DNA of 64,000 nt, taken from assembly GCA_051530055.1 (NCBI GenBank), contig CM121341.1, positions 10,580,784 to 10,644,783 of the forward strand, read 5' to 3'. This stretch comes from Neoechinorhynchus agilis. Taxonomy: Eukaryota; Animalia; Acanthocephala. Both the position numbers and the translations under genes were made by a program. The notes below the pieces were generated by a model that worked only from the letters and a program-made list of their open reading frames with translations, did not search any database and was not told the DNA's origin. Positions 53,930 through 63,083 of the stretch are shown here, one piece after another. Each line of letters begins with the position of its first letter. Positions within the stretch are counted from its first letter, which is position 1.

Positions 53930-55035
53930 GACGGTCATCTACCTCTCCGAATCCGTCATCAACTCCAAATTCCGGATCCGCCCTTCATCTTCTTCCTTCA
54001 TCTACTCCAATTCCGGATCCGTCATCTACTCCACGTTCCTGATCCATCATCCACCTCTCCGAATCCGTCATCCACTCCGAATTCCGGATCCGCCTTTCAT
54101 ATCCTTCCTTCATCTACTCCACATTCTTGATCCAACATCCACCTCGCCGAATCCGTCATCCAATCCAAATTCCGGATTCGTCATCCACTACTCCGGATCC
54201 GTCATTCATCTTCCTCCTTCATCCACTCCAAATTCCCGATCCGTCCTTCATCTTCTTCCTTCATTCACTCCAATTCCGGATCCGTCATCTACTCCGAATT
54301 CCGGATCCGTCCTTCATCTTCTTCCTTCATCCACTCCGATTCCGGATCCATCATCCACTCCGAATTCCGATTCCGTCCTTCATCTACTCCAATTCAATAT
54401 CCGTCATCAACTCCAATTCCGGATCCGTCCTTCATCTTCTTCCTTCATCCGTCATCCACTCCACGTTACGGATCCATCATCCACCCCTCCGAATCCGTCA
54501 TCCACTCCAAATTCCGGATCCGCCCTTCATATCCTCCCTTCATCTACTCCACATTCCTGATCCATCATCCACCTCTCCGAATCCGTCATCAACTCCGAAT
54601 TCCGGATTCGTTCTTAATCTTCTTCCTTCATCCTTCATAAACTCCACATTCCGGATTCGTCATCCACCACTCCGGATCCGCCCTTCATCTTCCTCCTTCA
54701 TCCACTCCAATTCCGGATCCGTCATCCACCCCGAATTCCCGATATTTCATCCACTCCAAATTCCCGATCCGTCATTCATCTTCTTCCTTCATTCACTCCA
54801 ATTCCGGATCCGTCATCTACTCCGAATTCCGGATCCGTCCTTCATCTTCTTCCTTCATCCACTCCGATTCCGGATCCGTCATCCACTCCGAATTCCGATT
54901 CCGTCCTTCATCTACTCCAATTCAATATCCGTCATCAACTCCAATTCCGGATCCGTCCTTCATCTTCTTCCTTCATCCGTCATCCAATCCACGTTACGGA
55001 TCCATCATCCACCTCTCCAGATCCATCATCCACTC
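53930..55035. repeat. C/T-rich compound minisatellite (CATCCACTCCGAATTCCGGATCCGTC-type motifs) with a ~560-bp higher-order duplication
   Basis: Strong strand asymmetry; ~54195-54485 is repeated at ~54750-55035. Confidence 0.9.
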
Positions 55036-55680
55036 CAAAGTAGACAATCACATTCATTTATTCTGTCAGTACTTAAGTGTTTGGTTCCTCTTTAACAAAA
55101 TAAAACGTGTTATTATTATGTTAATCATTATGTACATATTTAAGAAAATGAGCAAATCAATACAATGGTATATTTTTATTCTGTGAACATAAATAACACA
55201 TACAAAGATATCTGAATATTTTAGTCTGTAATGGGACTGGTGAATTTGACCATAAACCCGTTGCTCACAAATAAAAACAAATTAGGACGTTTGCACGAAT
55301 ATACACGATACACACGAACGTATAAACATCAAAATCAATGATCGTATACAAAATCGAAGCAAAATTTGATGAGCAGATTTAACTAAGCAATCAAAGGCAA
55401 AATTGGTTAAGGATTAAAACGATGCAAAAAACAATATAAGTTTGCCACGACAATATGATTCCTCTATTCCGCCTATTTTTCTTTTTTTTCTTTTTTTTTG
55501 TTATTGGCCTTTTTTTGAGGCGTTTAGAAAGTGTCTTCATTGAACTTCTTGGGATTGGTTGACTTTTTCCGAATTAAACCCGATTCCGAACCCAAGCGCC
55601 GCGCATGCAGTTACAGATGAGTGCTACTCATCCCGCCTATTCCGCCTACGCTTCATTCCGGTCAGGTTTATTTTGGTAAA

Positions 55681-57424
55681 CTATTGATTGACAAGTAAAA
55701 CGTTGGCACGTGTGACGGTTCTTTTATTGAGTGCTTGAATCGGTCGATGATTTCCGTAGGGTAACTGTTCAAATAGGACGGCGATGATAACGTCATTAAT
55801 CCCCCTCTTGTTTACCTTAGGCCGAATCTTTCTAAACGCTTCCATCTATAGCTAAATCTTTTGAAGGTTGATTAAAAAAGGCTAAACTTACGTCCTTCTT
55901 ATTGATTTTTCCAATGGTTGGAATCACCATCCATTTTACAGTTTCATAGCAACCTGGTGTCGTAAGTGATCCGTCATAAGAAAGCAATTCATCGTGGACG
56001 TTTAAGAGTTTATTGATATCAATCTCGTCTTCGGTATCATCACCTTCATTAAAGTCGTCTAATAGATCCACAAATGACGCCAGTTCATGGTCTGTTTTTT
56101 CATCAATCTGAACTTGAATGCCCCTTTAGCGATCGCACTTTATTATGTTACTACAAACCTGAAACAATTTTCCAAAAATTAGAAGACCTTCCGGCGTTTT
56201 GATGGCTTCATCTACAGAATATTTTTCATTAAAGAATACTACATGCATCTTTTCAGTGTTAAAAAACAATAAGCAATCGTGGTATATAAAGTAATTACCT
56301 CTAAAGGATAACTTCTATTGTTTATCATATGTTCAGAGCCAACTCTGTTGTTTTCGCCCCAATGAAAATGAAATTGACTGAATGTGTATGTATTATGTAT
56401 TCCATGTTGGTGGAGATGGACCGACGGCACTCCCGTATGTTTGGTGGCATGAGCCAAAACGGTTGTCGGTTCCAAAGAGATGAAAACATTCACTAAATGG
56501 TTTAAGTGAAGAATCAAACTTAATGAGTCTTTTATGCCGTTCCCTAGGTGTATAGGTATACGTAAAAAAAGATCAACAAGCTATCCTTAAAGCATCAGTA
56601 ATTATTAGATGTGGTTATGAATCATATCGAGAGAGAAAATCCATAGGGATGTTAAATTTTGACTTATAGTGAAGATAATCACCCGTTTAAAAATCATTTT
56701 ATTATTCTGAAATATTTCGCGAGGTTGAAGAATAAAATGATTTTTAACCGGGATTTTCTTCACCACAAGTTAAAATGAATGCTTCCTTTTCAAAATCTCA
56801 TTTCTCATATATGCACAGCATGCAGGAATCTTCAATTAATGGCGCCGTCTCTAAGAAATTCAATTTTTAAAGCTATCTAAACATCTCTATGATATATGGA
56901 TGTATTGCGGTTCGCTTACTGATAAAACGTTACCCACTCTACCGGATATGAATTCTGGGCATGCCCAAATAAGCTTTTGTCCGTTTGTTTCCGATTAAAC
57001 AAATGCTCTGTCCCATAGAAACTCACCTTGACTAGAACGAGTGTTCATTACAACCGTCACATTATTGCGTACAGGATCAAATACTTGTTGGATATTGATC
57101 GGTGATTGTCTTTTTCCGGCACAGTCTCGATAGTGTTTGCCCCAATCATTAGTGTTGTTGTACGACCAAACGAATTCATGTTTCTTGCATTCTCTAGTTG
57201 CCAAGACACAACCCACTTCATTTGAGTTCTATAAATTTACACTGACTCATAAAACGGACAAATTTACCTATAAGAACAAGAATTATTCCAAGAAGGATGA
57301 GAATAACGGTAGTGTGAACAATGGACTTTCTATATTTCCTATAAACATTAACACTGAATTTAACTGTGATAATGGCAAGCACTTACGGTGGGTTGTTTCC
57401 AAGGAAGCTCGCGAGTTTTGTCAT
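55681..57424 (-). CDS. Alpha-carbonic anhydrase with N-terminal TM anchor, 8 exons, ~347 aa
   Basis: WSY, QSPINI, QFHFHWG, GSEH, YPLEMH, YDGSLTTPGC and NHRPIQALN motifs; six GT-AG introns (48, 52, 53, 50, 51, 46 nt) plus one 400-nt stem-bounded intron; total length is frame-consistent. Confidence 0.9.
56546..56945 (-). other. Stem-bounded non-canonical intron, carbonic anhydrase (400 nt; register uncertain by about 3 nt)
   Basis: No in-frame GT-AG pair at the junction; AT|CCGG...ACCT|A GGG restores the frame; stems GGGTA-ACG / CGT-TACCT and ATCAGTAAG / CTTGTTGAT (2 G-U). Confidence 0.65.
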
Positions 57425-58017
57425 GGTAAAATAGGATAATCAGGACGTGTGGCGTTGTAAATTTAGCAGGTATTTATCATAACTATACGACCATTATGAC
57501 TCTTAACCTAGAAAAAGAAGTGTTTTATATGCAAGGTCTGAGTGGATAGCAATAGAATATCAATAACGGAAACCACAATGCATACAATTCTCAGCATAAG
57601 TTCTCTAGCGAAAATGAGCCAAGGCTCTTAACTACTAAGGGATACGTTGCAACTTCGTGATCTAGAACGAGCGTTGCTGGAGGGGCTGTACCCAAATAAT
57701 ATCATTTTGCTATGCGGATGCCTCTGGCAGGAATGACAGGTGGATAAGCGTGAAAATTCGTCTACCTTACAGGGAAAGAAATTTGCGACTTGAAATCATT
57801 ATATTTGTTCAAAGCGTGACTTAACGGTTTAGTTACCTTTTGTTTTCAAGCCTAAGCGATTTTGAAGGCGACTTTGACAGTCGTAAATAATAGATGTTTG
57901 TTTAAAGTAACCATGAATTTCTATTGAAAAAATGAAGAAACCCGGGAAACAGGAAAGCTGAGAGGTGTCATGTTTCAACCATATCTATGATTCCATTCAC
58001 ATATGAGAAATCTGATA

Positions 58018-60366
58018 TTAATCTTTATTACTCATTCGATCGAATTGGAAGCTCCAATCATAAAAAAGAGGTCGTCTATCAAACCTGCAATCATCGCTGG
58101 CACTTTGGTTAATACAGCAGCAAGGCGTGGCTACGGCCGTTTTGTGCCGATTGATTCCATAAAGGTGGAAAAATCTTTTAACTTTATGAAGTGCATTATC
58201 GTCGCCTTCCGATTTCTTAAAAATTTCGACAGGACCGCATCGTCGCGATCTTAAGTCAGCGATTTGTTCCAGCTCCTCAAAGGTCATCTCCATTTCCGAC
58301 TCGTCGTTCTGGCCAACTTCCGATGGTCGCAGCTCAGCGGAAGGAGGGTTGCTAAGGATATCATTAAGGATTGGAATCTCAGTGCTCATAAAACGAGCAA
58401 TATCTCGAACTTGTGTTTTGTTTATACCGCCAATGGGATTAATATCAGCGCTCGAACAATCATACTTGGTAAAATAACCTATAAGTGTGCGTCTTCGCGC
58501 ACAACACGAAAAATTTTCATTTTCAGATCTCCATTTTCCTTGAACGAGGGCGCACAATAATGTTTTCATCGGCATTTCCTGTTCCGAGCATCAAACGACA
58601 TTTATTCGAAGTAGAGGATACTTGGTTTAGCAAATAAGCGATTACCATTCTGAGCCTTGCCTGGACGTTCTGAAGTGCCTGATCTTGTTGTTTAGAACCT
58701 CCGTCATGTGAGAATGTTGGTCTCGATTCACACAAATCAAGCACTTTACTCACAACATCGTCGATAGATCTTTCAACATGAGTCGACCCAAGTTGTTTAG
58801 CTAAAAGCCTAGAAAGTTCACATGTTTTCTTTGAATTATTTTTGGTATTAAGGTTGGCCGTGTGAAGCAGGTCATTCATTGTAACGTCGATTTTAAGTTC
58901 CATAATCATCAGTTTTCTCAGATAATAAACCAGCGAAGCAGTCACCGCGCTGTCGATTCCTCCACTTAGTGGAATAAAGAATCCGTTGGACCTTGAACGA
59001 CGCATATAATCATGTAGGAAAATACAACAGACTCTAATAACATTTTCTGGATATTCAATGAATGACGAATGATTAGCCACCGGAAAACTCAAATCGCATA
59101 TCAAGCCATATCGATCACTAAGGCCCAATCGATTATCTTTAGCAATATACTCGCCATTGAGTATAACACAAGTTCGATTGTCGAACACTACTCGATCGCC
59201 ATCGCAACCAACCATGTTTGCATAGATGAAAACTCGTTGAGGATTTAAGTGACTATGATGTTCTACAATCGAATGGAAATCCACGAGCTTCTCCTTGGTT
59301 TCCACTCCATCATTGTAAACGTTCTAAATGTTTTTCGTTGATGCTTTCTGAATCATTTAGGCAAAAGTGATCGCAGGAATTAAAAATAGAAATATCAAGA
59401 AACGATTTGTTCGTTTGACCAAAATTTTCCGTTGCATGATCAGCAAAATTTATTATCATCTTCAAATCTTCCAACACTATCGGTGTCGTTCCAAATTTGA
59501 TTTCATACGGTGCGATGCTCACAAAATCCGCTGGCACTTCGTCAAAAACAACGGCGGTTTCAGATGATTTCCACGGTTTAAACCACCGAGTTTCGGCATA
59601 AAATCCGTGGTTTCTCAAATTGCACTTTGGAACTATCGCAATAATTCGGTTTCCTTTTAAAACAATTCGGCAAATATAGGAATCGCCTTTAAATTTCACT
59701 GGCATGCCGATATCATGTGGCGTCGATCACGAAATTCAATAAAGAAGGTCCAAGGGAATTCAGAGCATAATATAATGCGTTAAGTGAAACTATAAGATTA
59801 TTGGGTTATTTTCCACGAAATCGGAAATCTTTGCTAACTGCAAACAATAAGGAAAGAAGTTTATATTAGATGGCTACTTTAAAACTGCCGCGATCGGAAT
59901 TATCCTCACGGTCGAACTACTTGCAGGATCTAGTAAATTGTAGACGTACACTAATTTCAAAAGCACAAGGCTAAAAATGCATAATGTTGCGGTCAATTAT
60001 AGTTTGAACTAAAACTACTGGGATCGGAACCATCCTCATGGTCCAAATACCTGCAAGGTCTAGTAAATTCGAGACGTACACAAACTTCAAAAGCACAAGG
60101 CTTAAAATTTCAACGATCACGCCATAATGCATGCCTCTTGCATCCTCATGATTAGCGATTTTCCACAACATTTCCCAACAATGCCGAAACGTATCTTGTT
60201 CATAAAAATGATCACCGCAGCTATATCCAGACAATTCTAATTCCGGCCCAGTTCGATAATGACAACTATTTTGCTTGGCACTTTTCAAACTAGCCAATAT
60301 ATTTTGAGAGTTGTGAACGAAGTTTAAGGCTTGTTGATTAAGACTTGTAACCGCAATAATAACCAT
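58018..60366 (-). CDS. NADSYN1: Glutamine-dependent-type NAD+ synthetase, divergent, 4 exons, ~600 aa
   Basis: GPELELSGYSC, ANMVGCDGDR, PLSGGIDS, LQNVQARLRMV, GYFTKYDCSSADINPIGG and SAEL motifs. Confidence 0.92.
58483..58558 (-). other. Stem-bounded non-canonical intron, NADSYN1 #3 (76 nt)
   Basis: ATT|ATTG...CACTT|ATA gives NADENIIGYFTKYD; TTAT direct repeat; stem TGTGCG..TCG / CGA..CGCACA; no in-frame GT-AG found. Confidence 0.85.
59260..59320 (-). other. Stem-bounded intron, NADSYN1 #2 (61 nt; slides up to 6 nt in a TAGAAC direct repeat)
   Basis: Removal restores the frame and the L-14aa-AN spacing; stem TTTACAAT-GA-TGGAG / TTCCA-TC-ATTGTAGA. Confidence 0.75.
59717..60125 (-). other. Stem-bounded non-canonical intron, NADSYN1 #1 (409 nt, AT...AC)
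   Basis: CAT T|ATGGC...GCCAC|AT GAT gives RGMHYDIGMPV; stem TGGCGT-GATC-GT-GAAATT / AATTTC-GT-GATC-ACGCCA. Confidence 0.85.
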
Positions 60367-60714
60367 CAGTCAGTGTCTAAAATGCGATTTGATTAAAAAG
60401 CAAAAGCCATTGAAGAAAATTCAATTATCCATGACGGAGATTAAAGTGATTTCCTTGAAATCTCAATAGATTCATACGAGAGTGGCGTTTTAATGCATTA
60501 TTTGATTTTATAGAACTTCATAGGATGCTAAAATCAATCAGAAGTAAATAATGAAATAATCTTGTAGTCTACAAAGCAGCTAGTCCAATCAAAAAACATC
60601 ATTGAAAATATAGGAGATGAAAGTTTCGTCGATGAAAAGCGCCAAAGTTAAAAAGATTCAATTTCCGAAAAATCAATGTCTAAATCAAGTCTTTTTGTGT
60701 CTCGGTCATGAATT

Positions 60715-61376
60715 TCACAACCATCTGAAATGAGCAAAGGCCCTATTCGCCTCAGCTGTTCGATGAAGTTCGATTTTCTTTTCATAAGCTCTTCCCCGTT
60801 TGTTCATTCCATCAATAAGTTCATGTGCCAATCGCTGCCAAATGCGATAAGGACTCACTTTGTCCGTCTCAGCAGCTTGAATGATCCATTTGATGGCCAT
60901 GAATTCCTTATAATAATCCGGGGCGGGCGTAGGTATTGTGTAAGAAACTCCTCCTCGAAAGCACTTTGTAATATTGACAATTGGTTTAACATTCTGGATG
61001 GCCAAATGCAGCACTTGGCGTGGATTTACCACAACTGATGAATCGCCGGTTTCGTTTATTTTCTTTACTTGAATCGCTTTTATATAGAAGAACGCCTTGT
61101 CTAATATTCGCTCAGACATTTCACGGTCACCTTCCCACATCATTATGCTTATGAATCGTCTTGACAGAACATCTTATAAGGTTTCAAGTATGCAGAAACA
61201 AACCTTACTTGATTATCATAGAAGAAGGATAATGTGCGTGCACCGAAAGGAGGTTTTACAGGTTGAAAATGCCGTTGATCCGTGTCGGATATAAGATTGA
61301 GTTCGTCGAGGTCATTTAAAGCATCAATATATTCAGGTCCATATAGTGCTAAGCGTCGAGACAACATTGTGCTCAT
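60715..61376 (-). CDS. MRPS7: Mitochondrial ribosomal protein S7 (uS7m), 2 exons, GT-AG intron 61160-61203 (44 nt), 205 aa
   Basis: RRFISIMMWEGD, AIQNVKPIV, RGGVSYTIP and ELHRTAEANRAFAHFRW motifs. Confidence 0.93.
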
Positions 61377-61768
61377 CAAGGTCGAACTAAATTCGAGTTT
61401 TAAGGCAGGAATTAGTCCTTTTGCGTAATGATGGTTGAATCCACAGTCTATGACGATCAGTCAGTCGGGCATATAAAGAAAAAAAGGTTGAAATTTCTTA
61501 CAAACTGCAGATTTTTACATTTCTTCATATCAATATAGAGACGACTTTTGCTAACAAGAGTTAAAAAAACAAAATTAGCGTAAAATTACATAATTTTAAC
61601 ATTATTGTTGTTGAAATCAACTTGTATTTTGTTCTCAGTATAAATAACCTACATTTTCGTTCCGATAGATTTGCTTAGAGTGACACCAAGAATCATGATC
61701 TAAAAACAACTCAATAGTGGGGGTTCTAAGTACAAACTTCACCAATTACATCTCGCTCTTGCTTAATC

Positions 61769-63083
61769 TCAAAAACAATACAGTTTCACACATTCGAGTC
61801 CACAAATACTAAAAAAGTCTTTGTGCTTGGTAGATTCATTTCCATTAGAAATCGTGGTGAACTTGACACGTCTGACCTGTTCAATTATCTGTTCCTTCGA
61901 AACAACATGCCCATCCACTTCCACACGGCATAGACTGATTTTTCCATAGACTAAAGAGCGATTAAAGGAAGCAGCTACAAAGGCAACTTGAACTGGATCC
62001 GTGGGTTGTTGCCGTTTGACCGTCCTGACCGCTAGAACATCTCTGAACGGAATCGACGGTAGTTTAAACTCCTTCGAGTGTCCGTTGCTCGCATCCAAGA
62101 AACCGATCGAAGATCCATGAGAAACAAAAAGACAATACCGACCGCAACAACTCACAGAGTTCGCCCAACCAATGGTCTGAACGCAATGAGTCACTTCAGA
62201 TCGCTTAACATTTACGATTCTAGGGTTCGGTGATTTTGTCTACTAGATCGCCCGAGTGCGCAAACTCACCGTCCATAACGAAGCGATCGGAGCATGCACA
62301 TGCAATTGTAGATCGGCCGGCCCAATCGATCGAGAGTATAGAGTATGCGAATGAGGAGTCTTCGCGTGAGGATCGATGGACCCGTCTCGCTATCCACAAT
62401 TGGTTTATGGAATCGAAATGAGAAACGGCTATCGTGGAGCAAGCGGATCCTACTGCGAATTGTTGACCGTCCAGGGACCATCGAATGCAGTTGGCTGCCC
62501 GTGAAACATGGATCATTACCAAATAGGACTCTAGAGATTCTCCGGACCATACAAAAGCGTTTCGATCAGCGCCGCAAGACGCTAAGCCTCGAGGAGAGGA
62601 CCAGTCAAGACCTGTGACGCGACCATTGTGTTCTTTGAGGACTTTGATTGGACATTCTGAGGTGCCGTTGTCTTGATTGAATCCACACAAAGGAAATATG
62701 TACGAACTTTATGATTCTCAGGACTTTGAAGAATGTGCAATAAAGATAAGAAATTCAATTGGGAATCGAATTCCGAAAATAAGTGAAAAACTCGTAGTTC
62801 CATTGCTACAAAACGTTTAAATGTATGAAGAACACCGATTGACTTCCATTTCCTTAAAAAGTTCTAGAATTAACATCCAAAACGTCTCCATGCGTTCTGA
62901 GAACCAATGGTTCTAAATATGTTCATTGCCGAACGAAGCAGCCAATCGCGTACAATCTTCACTCAACGAATGACAATAGACCCGACCGGACACCGGAGCT
63001 TCACTTGGGAGATCAAATGAACGATAGAGCTGAACTTGTTCGTGATCCCATTCAAACGCGGCTGCCGTGGCGGCACAGGTCAT
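61769..63083 (-). CDS. ARPC1: Arp2/3 complex subunit 1 (p41 WD40), 3 exons, ~348 aa
   Basis: CHSLSED, LKEHNGRVTGLDW, SCGADRNAFVW, RAANCIRWS, FAVGS, IGWANSV and FVSHGSS motifs. Confidence 0.88.
62222..62276 (-). other. Stem-bounded non-canonical intron, ARPC1 #2 (55 nt)
   Basis: GTT|ATGG...ACCCT|AGA gives CSDRFVRIV (cf. SCDFKCRIF); TA direct repeat; stem GG-CGGTGA-TTTG / CAAA-TCACCG-CC. Confidence 0.85.
62702..62914 (-). other. Stem-bounded non-canonical intron, ARPC1 #1 (213 nt)
   Basis: ATT T|AGAAC...TTCGT|AC ATA gives GNEHIYIF (cf. NNHEVHIY) and removes a TAG; TA direct repeat; stem GAAC-TGGTTCTCAG / CTGAGAATCA-GTTC. Confidence 0.85.

Noticed and set aside
54127-55095. 322-aa ORF in the minisatellite as a protein
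   Set aside because: The translation just mirrors the repeat, which is poor in stop codons on this strand; no ATG start or domain.
55570-55660. tRNA or tRNA-derived SINE (GGGTTCGGAATC)
   Set aside because: No cloverleaf can be built and the B-box is imperfect.
46385-60125. U12-type AT-AC introns (ABCB1 #3, NADSYN1 #1)
   Set aside because: No ATATCCTT donor or CCTTAAC branch site, and the other members of the class have different end dinucleotides.
20129-62617. Short ORFs overlapping or antisense to the modelled genes and retroelements
   Set aside because: They are shadows of real coding frames, with no independent motifs.
19366-62914. Stop-codon reassignment or readthrough explaining the broken ORFs
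   Set aside because: Most inserts are not multiples of 3, and the inserted sequence has no homology to the protein families; genes end at ordinary TAA, TAG and TGA.
44943-62914. A universal +2 register making all 3' ends YAN (relaxed YAG)
   Set aside because: It creates in-frame stops at ARPC1 #1 (TAG) and ABCB1 #4 (TAA) and removes the conserved Arg at ARPC1 #2; it could still apply to individual introns.
44006-63083. All interrupted genes are transposon-disrupted pseudogenes or assembly errors
   Set aside because: Conserved housekeeping genes show no other lesions, and every insert can be removed cleanly with the same geometry; still needs RNA confirmation.
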